Of a DNA stretch of 64,000 nt, positions 41,401 through 54,000 are shown piece after piece. The stretch is from Geosiphon pyriformis uo1 (Eukaryota; Fungi; Glomeromycota), in NCBI GenBank assembly GCA_016748015.1, contig JAAOMT010000502.1, forward strand, positions 806,001 through 870,000, in the 5' to 3' direction. The notes under the pieces were generated by a model. It did not search any database and was not told the origin of the DNA. It saw only the letters and a program-made list of their open reading frames with translations. The stretch's first letter is position 1, and every line of letters starts with the position of its first letter. The position numbers and the translations under genes are program-made.

Positions 41401-43126
41401 TCTCAGTTCTTTTGTGAAGGAATGAATTTTTTGCTTTTCTGTCCAGTTCCTTCCAGAGTCTACACACTTGATCAATTTTCTGATTGCTTTGGCATATTCA
41501 GTTACAACTTCATTAGGACCTTGGATTCTTTTTTCTAATTCCATGCACCACTTGGATATCAAGATTGAGATTCTGAACTTGTTTTCAAACCAGGTTGTAA
41601 AAGAGATGTTGTTTTCTCTGGCATTTGCTGGCATTTATCTAATGATTCTTTGATGGGCATTAACATCAGTTTCTTGTAAGAACCATGTAGCAGAGAAGCC
41701 TTGGAGGTAGCCACCAACAATTTGAAACTTGTACTCATCATCGTATTGGTTGGCTGTAGCAGCTCTCTCAAAGTCATCCAATCATTCAATTAGATCTTAG
41801 ACATTACCTCTGAATAATGGTAATGGGGTGTTGTTTCTTCACCCTAAAGCAGTCTGTATACCTTGAAGAGCAATTAGAATGTTTTGTTGCAAAGAGTTTT
41901 GAGCCATTGGTTCAGGTGTAACTGTTTGTGTGGAGTGTTCTGATTCACTTAAAAAGAGATCAAAAACAGGAGCAGTTTGATAGCTTTCTTCTTCTGTTTC
42001 AAGAAGAGTTTCTGTTGATTGATGGGCAGCAATCCAAATATGAATTTAATGATTCAGATATTCAAAATCAGGGGGCTGTTGTTCAAAGGTTGCAAAATAT
42101 AAAAGCTGATTGATACTGTTGTTTTTTCCTTCAAAGTTGTCTTCAAAATAAGCTTGGTCAAAGTAATAGATTGTATAAGCTGTGTAGATTTCAGCTGAAT
42201 GCTGGTTCAAGAACCAGTTCCAAAAGTCTTGGAATTGTCTACTGGATTGTTCTTCAATGGGGAAGCAGATCAAGCAGGAGGGCAGAGGATTAAGTTCAAT
42301 GAAATCTAGGTCATTTCTATTGTGTGCTACAAAGTGTTCTTCTAATTGCTGTGACAGATATGAGTAATTACCCATACAATAAGGGAATAAGTGAATTTTA
42401 ACAACCTCACAGAGAGCACCACTTTTATGTTATGGGTTGGAGTAACAAGCTAATGGATAGCAAGAAAGAACAGGATTGTAGAGTAATGAAAATAATCAAA
42501 GAAAATTCAACTTCAATAAGCAAATTGAATGAGTATGGATTCAATGTGTGAGATCAGTCTCATAAAATATCTCAGTCACTATTTTTTTCAAAAGGTAACA
42601 AGAGAATCTAAAGGTAGAGGAATAGTCCATACTGTCAACAATTGATAACTGCTGGTATAATTCTATGCCTCATGTTGGCATTTTTAGAATTCAATATCAG
42701 ATATCAACTTGTGCTCTTCAGTTATGTTTATTCAAATAATCTTCAAATACTGTAATTACACGTTTTAGAAAAGTGGCAACAAGTAATTTTTTATCCAAAA
42801 AATGTTCAGATACTTGAAAATAAAGAAAGAAAAATTAGCAATAAGAGAATGTTTGAGATAGAAGTTTGTTATTTTATTTCTTTGATTATCTTGATTCCTT
42901 ACATTGATATTTTTCTACAGCTAAGAGATTCATTACTTATATATCTATTAAAAGTAGTCAATGACCAGGTCAATGATCAGGTTAATGATCAAGTCAATGA
43001 TTAGGTCAATGGTCAGGTTATTGATCAGGTTAATGATCACTATTTAAAAATAGGGTGGCTAATTATGTGACATCAGTGGTTAATACATGTAATAACTAAT
43101 AAAAACTATGGGTTTCAACCATAACA
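35460..43126 (-). mobile_element. Family A copy A6, two LTRs (35460-36101, 42428-43126), full internal region, no matching TSD
   Basis: ORF3 36071-36526, IN 37559-37990, RH/RT 38283-39337, PR 39803-40738, gag 41116-42375, PBS ~42405-42421. Flanks ATGT and TTAC differ. Confidence 0.9.
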
Positions 43127-46100
43127 TTACAAAAGATGGAATCTTTTCTGACCCAGCCAAAGTTGAAAAAGTCTAGAACATTAAACAACCAATAAATATA
43201 CATAAACTACACTCTTTTCTTGGTTTGGCCTCTTATTATCACAAATTTGTTAAGGATTTCTTCAAAATTGCCACTCCACTCAATCAGCTACTCAGGAAAA
43301 ATGTCAACTACCATTGGGACACATACCAACAAAAAGCTTTTGAAACTCTGAAAGAAAAACTAGTCACTGAATCAATTTTTAGGCAACCTGATCTAGATCG
43401 ACCTTTCATTCTTCACACTGATACATTTGGCTATGGACTTGGAGCTGTCCTAGTCCAGAAAGATGAAGAAGGCAAAGAACATGCCATAGCATATGCCAGT
43501 AGAACACTTATCCCAGCAGAACAGAACTACTTAGTGACTGAACAAAAATGTCTAACCATAGTCTGGTCTACTAGTTACTGAAGCAAATATCTTCTTGGTG
43601 CCAAATTCTTGGTAGTAACAGATCATCAAGTCTTGGTTTGGCTGCACAATAAAAAGAAGCTGGAACATAAATAGATAACTCACTGAATACTCCACTTGGA
43701 CAAATTTGACTATAACATTCAACACCACAAAGAAGCTAATTATCAAAATGCTAACACTCTCTCTAGACTTACCACCAAGTGATAGTACAACCTCCACAAA
43801 CCAAACCAACCTAATTATTAGTAATTCTCTTATAAACAAACATGATAATGAACTTGGACAACTACTCTGCCTTAATGGAATTTTTGGGTAAAGGACAATA
43901 CCCACCAGAATATACTCGACAGCAAAGAGAACATTTGCACAAACAATCAAATTTTTATTTGATACACCAGAACCAATTATACAAAAGAAATAGAAGAAAT
44001 CCTGACTATCCTCAAAGAATCATAAGATTTGAAGAAAGAGAAATTGTGATTTATAACATGCACACTAATCCATTAACTAGACACTTTGGGAAAACAAAAA
44101 CAATTCAGAAAACACTAGCTCACTATTATTGGCCTACCTTGGAAAAAGACATTGCTGAGTACATCAAAACTTGTGATACCTGCCAAAGAAGAGGAAAACC
44201 CAATTGCAAAGAAAATATCTATTGTTACCAGTAGAATTTTAGCTATTAATTAGCATAAAATTATCCTTATAATTCCTATAATTAATCAGTATATTAATAT
44301 CATTTCAAATTATCATTTATTATTTAATTAATTATCACATATTATGATTCAATTAAAATAATCTAATTAGTATAACAGAAAGTAGAATGATCAAATTACA
44401 CAATACTCTGAACTTTGTAACATTCAAAAATTCGCCGAAATTTACAGAAATTCGCCAAAATTTATAAGAAATTCGCCGAAATTATGAATAGTTCACCCAA
44501 ATTAATCAATAGTTCAGCGAAATAACTTGTAGTTCATCAAAATGTATTTTTAGTTTGCTGAAATTTGAGCAAAGAGAAAAAGTGCAAATTCATAGACTAG
44601 TACTACAACAAGTTGTATAAAAGAAGAGCTTTTCTCTTCTGGAAAATGTATCTTACTTTAGATTTATCTTTTAGAACCATTCCTATACACACAAAAAGAA
44701 ATAAATATCAAATAATTCAAAAAACCAAATTTTTTAACTATTGCACTTGGAAAATCTCCAAAACCCAACTAACATTTCGAAATTGATTAGCTACCAATTT
44801 CAGTAAACTGTTAGTGACTCCAGGCCTGAATAGAAAACGTTTCCCTTGACAGAATTCTATTTCTTTTATATTTCTTTTATTTTTCTTTTATTTTCTTATT
44901 ACAATTATTAGGGTAGCCTACAGACAAGATTTCTGTAGAAGAGTTGACTTTCACAGCAAAGTAACTACACATTTTTAGTGAGCTTCCAGACGAGCAATTC
45001 CTGGGAAAGAGTTGACATTTACTACAACGTAACTACACAAAGTAACTGGCAAGAAATTGGCCATTCCACTTATAAGCCCAACAGTTCAAATTATAGAAGA
45101 TAATTTGAAGCTAAATTCAGTTATTGGAGGTTCAACTACTTCTAGAAAACATGAATTTGCAACCAACAGACAGTTATAACATTCAAGAAAAGAGACCAAA
45201 AACCTCCAGTAACACTATCCAATCTCTGTTGGCCAACCATTTAACAGAATTGGTATAGATGTTGTTGGACCCTTAATAGTAACTCTTGATAGCAACAGAT
45301 ACATTATCACAGCTACTGACTATCTTACAAAGTGGGTAAAAGCAAGAGCAATCCCAGATCAAACAGCAGTTTCAATAGCCAATTTTATTTATGAAGATAT
45401 TATTTGTCACCATGGCTGTTCCAAAGAACTATTATCTAATAAAAAAAGAGCTTTTCTCAATACATTAGTTAAAGAACTTTGTAGAAAAATGGGAATATGT
45501 CACAAACTTTCCTTCTCTTATCACCCCCAAATAAATGGCCTAGTGGAACATTTTAATAGAACACTGTGTGAAACCTTAGCCAAAACAAGTGAAAAAACAA
45601 ACTTATGGAACAAAGTACTGTCTTCAGCTTTGTTTGCTTACAAAACTGTAAATTATGACATAACAAGTTATGAACCTTTTTATCTATTCTATGAATGTAT
45701 GGCAACACTACCAATAGAACTAACATTGAGACAATTTTTTTTGAAGAAATTACAATAGAGAATTACAAAGACATTTTACAAAGAAGACTTGGTATTATTC
45801 TTGACTCATTGGTAGAAGCATGGATAATTGTCTTTGAAAAGATAAAGCAGTTCCAAGAAAAACTTAAGAAAAAGAAAACTTATAAAACATTTTTCTTAAG
45901 TATTGGTGACTTGGTACTAGAATACTGTTCTGACAGAGACAATGTTTATGGTAATAAATTCTCTAGCCAGTGGAAAGAACCCTTTATAGTCAACAAAGTT
46001 TTGAACAATGGTTCTTATATTCTTCAAGATTAATTTGAAACAATCTTCAATAATCATCTTGTTCATGACACATGACTCAAAAAATATTACAAACGACCTG

Positions 46101-47503
46101 ATTGGTTACCAGTTGTGGTAATACTGACCCAAATAATCAGCAAAAATCAGATATAAATAAATGCATCATTTCTAAAACAGAGGTATCTTTAATTAACATG
46201 AACAATTATTTTTTGGATCAAAATATTTAAAATGCTTTCTATACTCTCCATGAGTATTGGATCAAAAATTATCCAAATGCTACTCTGACTATTGGAAAAC
46301 AAACCACCATAACTGATAATAGTAGAACACATACTGTTATTAGACCAAAGAAAACATCTACCAGGAGAAAAAAAATTGGTAACAAAATAAATAAGTATCT
46401 GCTGGAAAGCATAACAGCAGTAATACTTGTACTTTTCAACACAATTGGAAAAACAATCAAAGAAATCTTGCCCATAGACAAAAACTTGTCATATGGAAGA
46501 CAACTAAAGCTCTATGATTGTCTTGATGAAATTATAAAGGAGATGAAACTCTTAAAGAAAACAACTTTAGAGATACAGGCAGAAATTTTGGGCATTATAT
46601 GGTTAGATGTCCCAAGAATTTTAACTATTGCTAAAAGAGCCAAAACTCTAATACAAAGATTTGGTCTCTTGGATACAAAACTCATTTCGCCACAAATGCT
46701 ATATATCTTATTTACAAAAGATTTCAACAAAATAGTTAGTTTTGAATTAGATAAAACCCTTCAATTAGAATATCCCATAAATAGTTTGATTTCACCAGAG
46801 CTTAATCTCTTTAGAGAGAATGATGTTATGGTTGAAACTCATAGTTTATATTAGTTATTACATGTATTAGCCATTGATGTCATATAAATTAGCCACTCTA
46901 TTTATAGATAGTAATCATTGACCTGATTAATGACCTGACTGTTGATCTGATCATTGACCTAATCATTGACCACTTTTAATAGCTATATAAGCAATGAGTC
47001 TCTTAGCTATAGAAAAGTATGTAATAACAAGCATCTAATTAATTAAGAATAAATAAAATAACAACTTTGATCTCAATCCTTCTCTGATCACTAAAAATTC
47101 TCTTTCCCTACTTTCAAGTATCTGAACATCTTAAAAGATAAAAGATTACTTGTTGGCCTTTTTCTAATGTATATAATTATAGCATTTGAAAATTATTTAA
47201 ATAAACATGACTGAAAAGCACAAGTTGATACCTGATATTGAATTCTAAGAGTGCCAATGTAAGACATAGAATTATATCAGTGGTGATCAATTGTTGACAG
47301 TATGGACTATTCCTCTACCTTCAGATCCCCCAGTTACTTTTAAAAAGAATAGCAACTGAGATATTTTATGAGACTGATCTCGCACATTGAATCCATACTC
47401 ATTTAATTCATTCTTTGAAGTTGAATTCCCTTTGATTATTTCTATTACCTTACAATCCTGTTTTCCCTTGCTATTTATTAGCTTGTTACTCCAACCCATA
47501 ACA
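43127..47503 (+). mobile_element. Family A 3' half (RT end, RH, IN, ORF3, 3' LTR 46824-47503), interrupted by solo LTR C
   Basis: ORFs 43225-43581, 43842-44234, 45489-46033 and 46468-46854 colinear with 53.05-56.4 kb. Confidence 0.9.
44223..45214. mobile_element. Solo LTR of a third family (C), 992 bp
   Basis: TGTTAC...GTAACA termini, perfect 4-bp TSD CTAT, integrase sequence resumes after it; internal AATTCGCCGAAAT-type repeats. Confidence 0.88.
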
Positions 47504-47790
47504 GTATTATCAGCTTCTGAACTCCAAGAACAATCACCAACCACTTTGGCAAAAACATCTTTAGCTTTAATATCATCTTTAAAAAAACCACTTCTTTTCT
47601 TTTTTCTTGATAGCACAGATATAAAACCCTTAGTTGGACCAGAATTTTTAACAGCCTTCTTCATAACAGCAATACTAAGGCTAATGGTGGCCTTGTAATC
47701 AAGCAAAAATAGTTTTAATTTATCATACTGAATTGTAAAAAACTTCTTTTAAAAAACTTTTAGACTTTTTTTTGAGAATTTGAAACAAAG
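47504..47790 (-). mobile_element. 5' end remnant of a LINE (ORF1 N-terminus and 5' UTR)
   Basis: N-terminal half of track ORF 47287-47706 (MKKAVKNSG...VLSRKKKRSG...CSWSSEADNT) resembles, from memory, fungal LINE ORF1 N-termini; cut by the A LTR. Confidence 0.5.
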
Positions 47791-49443
47791 GAAAGAAAGA
47801 AGTTTTTTTTATAAAATTATTAAAACTTGTTAAATTTTAAGTTTTTTAAAAGATGTTTTGCTATTATTATTAATTTTATTAACTTTTTTATTTTTTGTTT
47901 TAAATAATATTTTATATATTACTTTTTGTAAAAATTTAATTTGTAAAAATAATTTTAATAATATTAAAATAATCATTATAAAATTAGTTGTTTTTATAAA
48001 ATAATTAATATTATATTACAAAAACAGAATTTAATTATATAAATTTAAATATAAAATTATAATAAAAAAAGTAGTTTAATTAGAAATAATAAGTTAACTT
48101 CTTATAATTTATATAATTTATTAAGTAAAATTTTTAATAAAATAATATATTTGTTTAGTATTATTAAATTTTTGTAATAAAAATTTATTTTTATTATATG
48201 TATTTGTTTTTTAAGTTTAAATGATAATAATATTATATATATAAATATATAATATAGTTTTAACTGATTTAAATAACTAATATATATAATAAATATGTAA
48301 ATTATATTTAGTTAAAAATACTTAATTTGTTTTTATATATATTTTTTTATTAAAATTTAATAAGTATAGTCTAATTACTATCTAATATACAAAGTTAAAA
48401 CTAAGAATCCTAGCTAAATACAATTCATGTTTTTACTACATATGATTAGTTATTTGGATCAATTAAAACAATATTATGTCTTTATATAAATCATTATATC
48501 AGACCAGAAAAAAACAAGCAGAGTTTGCAAAAACCAAAGCTAATCACAAAAGACTCATTAATACTAATTAATCTAATTATTCTGTTTAATAAATTTGATA
48601 TCAAATTATAAAACTCATTAAATACTATTCTGAAATTATTAATTAAATCACATTTTTCTATATCTGTCTTATATTTAAACCTAAAACTTCACAAATCAAA
48701 ACAATGTTATTTACCCAAACCACTGTTTTTATATATTAAAAAAATAATTAAGTTGTGTTTATTAAATATTTTAATAAAATAAATAAATAAATATATGCTT
48801 AAATACATAATAACAATAATATTGTTACGATTGAAACCCATAATTTTTATTAATTATCACATGTATTAGCCACTGATGTCATATAATTAGCCACTCTATT
48901 TTTAAATAGTAATCATTGACCTAGTTGTTGACCTGGTCATTGACCACTTTCAATAGCTATATAAGCAATGAGTCTCTTAGCTGTAGAAAATTATCTTTCA
49001 GACAAGAATCAAATAAATAAAAATAACAACTTTTATCTCAATCACTCTCTTATTACTAATTTTCCTTTCCCTACCTTCAAGTATCCGAACATTTTAGGAT
49101 AAAAGATTACTTGTTGGCCTTTTCTTAACATATATAATTGTAGCATTTGAAGATTATTTGAATAAACATGACTGAAAAGCACAAGTTGATATCTGATATT
49201 GAATTCTAAGAGCACCGATGTGAGACATAGAATTATACCAGTGGTGATCAATTGTTGATAGTATGGACTATTCCTCTACCTTCAGATTCCCTTGTTACCT
49301 TTTGAAAAGAATAGTGACTGAGATATTTTATGAGACTGATCTCGCACATTGAAGTTGAATTCCCTTTGATTATTTCCATCACCCTACAATCCTGTTCTCT
49401 CTTACTATCCATTAGCTTGTTACTTCAACCCATAACATAAAAG

Positions 49444-49460
49444 TGGTGCTCCCTATAAGG
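49444..49460 (+). promoter_or_regulatory. Primer-binding site, complementary to elongator tRNA-Met 3' end
   Basis: TGGTGCTCCCTATAAGG; consensus of 7 PBSs in the window is TGGTGCTCCCTGTGAGG, the reverse complement of CCTCACAGGGAGCACCA, close to recalled eukaryotic elongator tRNA-Met 3' ends. Confidence 0.75.
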
Positions 49461-49489
49461 TCGTCAAAATCCACTTTGTTTCCTATTGT

Positions 49490-51029
49490 ATAGGTGATTA
49501 TTTATACCTGTCATAACAATCAGAAGAACATTTTAAAACACACAACAAAAACAATCTAGACTTTTCTTTTGCCCTTCTGCTTGATTTGCTTTCCCATTAA
49601 AGAACAATTCAGTAGACAATTCCAAAACTTTTGGAACTGGTTCTTGAATGAACATTCAGCTGAAACTTACATAGCTTATACAATCTATTACTTTGACCAA
49701 GCTTATTTTGAAGACAACTTTGAAGAAAGAAACAACAGTATCAATCAGCTTTTATATTCTGTAACCTTTGAACAACAGCCCCCTGATTTTAAATATCTGA
49801 ATCATCAAATCTACATTTGGATTGCTGCTCATCAATCAACAGAAACTCTTCTTGAAACAGAAGAAGAAAGCTATCAAACTGCTCCTGTTTTTGATCTCTT
49901 TTTAAGTGAATCAGAACACTCCACACAAACAGTTACACCTAAATCAATGGCTCAAAACTCTTTGCAACAAAACATTCTAATTGCTCTCCAAGGTATACAG
50001 ACTGCTTTAGGGTGAAGAAACAACACCCCATTACCATTATTCAGAGGTAATGTCTAAGATCCAATTGAATGATTGGATGACTTTGAGAGAGCTGCTACAG
50101 CCAACCAATATGATAATGAGTACAAGTTTCAAATTGTTGGTGACTACCTCCAAGGCTCTTCTGCTACCTGGTTCTCACAAGAAACTGATGCTAATGCCCA
50201 TCAAAGAATCATTAGATAAATGCCAGCAAATGCCAGAGAAAACAACACCTCTTTTACAACCTGGTTTGAAAACAAGTTCAGAATCTCAATCTTGATATCC
50301 AAGTGGTGCATGGAATTAGAAAAAAGAATCCAAGGTCCTAATGAAGTTGTAACTGAATATGCCAAAGCAATCAGAAAGTTAATCAAGCAAGTAGACTCCA
50401 AAAAAAACTGAACAGAAGAACAAAAAATTCATTTCTTTACAAAAGGATTGAGAACTGACTTATCTTATGCTCTTTGGCCTCTTTTGGCTTTGAAAGACAA
50501 CCCTACAATGGACATGGCTATTGAACTTGCCCAAAGGATTAAAGATAACCAAAGAATGTAACTGGGATTCACACTTCCAGTTTTTGCTCCTGCTCCTGCC
50601 ATGGCCCCTGCTCCTCAAATGGCTGCTACTTTTTTTGCTGCCCAAACCCAAAACCCAAATGAACAATTAATAGATAGACTTACAGCTAACCTTGCCTGGT
50701 TATTAGAACTGTTGGCACAAGCAGTCAGAGATAACCAGTAACCACCAAGATCTAGATATGAATCTCGTTTTAACCAGCCCCAGCAACCTTCCTATCAAAG
50801 ACAGCAAAATCATGGCCCACCTGTGTGCTATTGTTGTGGATTAACTGGACATTATTCAAGAGATTGTAACAATTCTCCACTGCCTCCTCCAGCTCCCAAA
50901 AACAATGACAACCAAAACAACAGACTCAACAACAATGTTCCCAATCAAAGACCCAATCATGCCAACATTAATTTTTTTGGAGAGGATCTCCTAGTTGAAA
51001 CCACTGTTTATCAGTCTTTAAACTGGTAA
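49490..51029 (+). pseudogene. A7 gag, disrupted
   Basis: Track ORFs 49569-50015, 50220-50411 and 50823-51029 with knuckle CYCCGLTGHYSRDC. Confidence 0.85.
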
Positions 51030-51055
51030 GCACACTTCCAAAGGGTGAGAGTGCA
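51017..51055 (+). promoter_or_regulatory. -1 ribosomal frameshift signal (T TTA AAC plus downstream stem) joining gag and pol
   Basis: Heptamer in correct gag phase just before the gag stop; pol (51113) is the -1 frame; GCAC...GTGC stem starts 6 nt downstream; heptamer retained in A1, A4, A5 and A6. Confidence 0.85.
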
Positions 51056-54000
51056 AGCCAACCAGAAGAAAACTTCTTTTATGCTTTTAACTTAACTGAT
51101 GATGACCATGACATGGATGAACTAGCAATCAACACCTCAGAACCAACCAGAAAGAAGAAGAAAGCCAAGGTTGATTTCATTCTAGACCCCAACAAAGTCT
51201 CAACTTCTGCCACTAATAACAATAAGCCACTAAAGGCTAAAGTTTTTAAGAATTCTCCAAAGTTGGAACCCCCAGAAATTGTACAAAAATCTGGACTCTA
51301 TTCCATTGTTAAAGATCTCATGGAAACTCCAGCACATATTACCTTTGGCCAGTTAATGACCCACCCACAGTTCAGAAAGGATCTTTGCAAATCCTTAATC
51401 CCAAAGAAGAAAACACCAAAAACCAACAAGCACTCTTGTCAAGCTGGACTTACTGACAACAACAATGTCACCTCTCTGATTTGTAAAGCCCAAGTGGCTG
51501 AATACTTTATTGACTTAATTCTGGACAGTGGATTATCTGTTAGTGTCATTGTCAAACACTTCTTAGAAGCAATTGGTAAAAAGATTGATGAACCTTTCAC
51601 CAGACCAATAACCAACGTACATGGTGACAAAAAGAAAAGACTGGGTATTGCCAAAGCTGTTCCTGTCTACATCAATGGAATTAGTATTGAAACTGACATG
51701 GAAGTTTCTGAAGCCAAAGAATACACCATCATTGTTGGCAATGAATGACTCAAGAAAGCAAAAGCTTTGCTTGATTATGAACTTTGTGAATTAACCATCA
51801 GATGTGGTGAGAAACCCATTGTGGTTAAGTGTCATCATTGGACAACTCTCCCAGTACCCAAACAAAACCAAGAAGAAGAACAATCAGATAAATCAGATAA
51901 TGAAGAGAGTGATGAAGAAGAAGAACAAAAAAAGCAAGAAGAAACTGCTGAACTCACCTATACCACCTTTACCAGCAATGGCAAATCACTGGACAATGTT
52001 AAAGCAGACAAAGAAGGAATCATTGTAAATGGCAAGCTGATCTGCTGGCCTTATTATGATATCCTTAGAAAAATCTTTGAAAGAAAACCTGGCAAGAAAG
52101 CCAAATACAGTTTTTGGTGGCATGGTTCTTGTGTCTGGTGTTGGTGCAACAAACCCTTGTATTCTCCAAGTGATAAATGCAAATTATGCCTGATCTATTA
52201 CAGAGATTGGGAACCAATCAGTTTGATACCCAGAGAAGAATTGAAAAAAGTACAGAAGTCCTTTGAGAATGAACCACCTGAGATCCAATTACTGGTTGTG
52301 GAACAAAAAAAACCCTCTCCAGAAGAAAGAAAAATAGACATTGAAAATTTGCTGGCTAGAAATAGCCCAGTTATCTCCAAAGAAGATGATACCCCTGGAC
52401 GTACCCATGTGATACAATACACTATCACCACCAAAAAAACTCGACTCATCCATTTGAAGCCTTATCAATTCAATCGGCACAATGATGAGTTTATCAAGAA
52501 AGAAATAAACTGGATGAAAGAACTTGGATTCATACAAGAAACCAAGAATGAATGGGCTTTTTCAGTTGTAGTGGTATCCAAGAAAAGTGGAAAACTATGC
52601 TTCTGTGTTGACTACTGCCAATTAAATGCCATCACTAAAAAAGACATGTATCCACTTCCCAAGATTGATGCAATGTTAAATCAATTCAAAGATGCTGCTT
52701 TCTTCTCAATCATTGACTTAACTGCTGGATTCTGGCAAGTAGAGATGGATCCAGAAAGCAGAAAGAAAACTGTCTTTATTACCAAGTATGGCACCTATGA
52801 ATTTACAGTCATGTCTTTTGGTCTCACCAATGTCCTTCCCACCTTTTAATGCTTAATGGATAAAGTATTTGAATCAGTCAAGGAAAACTTTGTTCTAGTC
52901 TATTTGGACGACATAATGGTATACTCAAAAACCTGGGATAAACACCTGGAACATTTGCAAAAGGTTTTTGACCTCTTTAGAAATGCTGGCCTCAAGATCA
53001 ACCCTACAAATCTTTTTTTGGAAAACAATCCACTTAGTTTCTTGGTCATCTTATCACAAAAGATGGAATTTTTCCTGACCCAAAGTTGAAAAAGTCCAAA
53101 ACATCAAACAACCAATGAATATTTATGAACTACACTCTTTTCTTGGTTTGGCTTCTTATTATCACAAATTTGTCAAGGATTTCTCCAAAATCGCCTCTTC
53201 TCTCAATCAGCTACTCAAGAAAAATGTCAATTACCATTGAAAAACACATCAGCAAAAAGCCTATGAAACTTTAAAAGAAAAACTGGTTACAGAACCCATC
53301 CTCAAGCAACCTAATCTAGATCGACCCTTTATCCTCCATACTAATACATCTGGCTTTGGACTTGGTGCTGTTCTCTTCCAGAAAGATAAAGATGGCAAAG
53401 AACATACTATAGCCTATGCCAGTAGAATCCTTTTCCCAGCAGAACAGAACTATTCAGTTACTGAACAAGAATGCTTAGCAGTAGTATGGTCCACCAGTTA
53501 CTGAAGTAAGTATCTTCTTGGTGTGAAGTTTTTGGTGGTAACAGATCACCAAGCTTTGGTTTGGCTGCACAACAAAAAGAGGCTAGAACACAAACAGATA
53601 ACTCACTGAATACTCCACTTGGATGAATTTGACTATGATATTTAACATTGCAAAAGAGCTAATCATCAAAATGCTGAGACTCTCTTCAGACTTACCATCC
53701 AATGACAGAACAACCCTCTTAAACCAAACCAACTTAATTATTAGTAATTTTTCCTTTTTGACAAACACGATAATGGACTTGGATGACTACTCTGCCTTAA
53801 TAGAATTTTTGGGTAAAGGACAATACCCACTGAAATACACACAACAACAAAAAGAACATTTGCGCAAATAATCAAATTTCTATTTGATTTGCCAGAACCA
53901 ACTTTATAAAAGAAATAAAAAAGATCTTAACTGCCCCCAGAGAGTTATCAGATTTGAAGAAAGAGAAATTGTGATCTACAATATGCACACTGATTCATTA

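Noticed and set aside
15203-47503. Large inversion bounded by the similar LTRs at 15203 (-) and 46824 (+)
   Set aside because: Flanking 4-mers and flanking sequences are not reciprocal as an inversion would require.
32301-47507. GTAT...GTAT as the TSD of one element 32305-47503
   Set aside because: Flanks do not rejoin (RT on the left, LINE-like DNA on the right) and the two LTRs are different subtypes; likely coincidence from target preference.
49270-49370. Functional intron-containing tRNA-Met gene on the minus strand of A LTRs
   Set aside because: Only the anticodon arm and variable region match; no D-arm/A-box, TTCGA T-loop or acceptor stem is visible.
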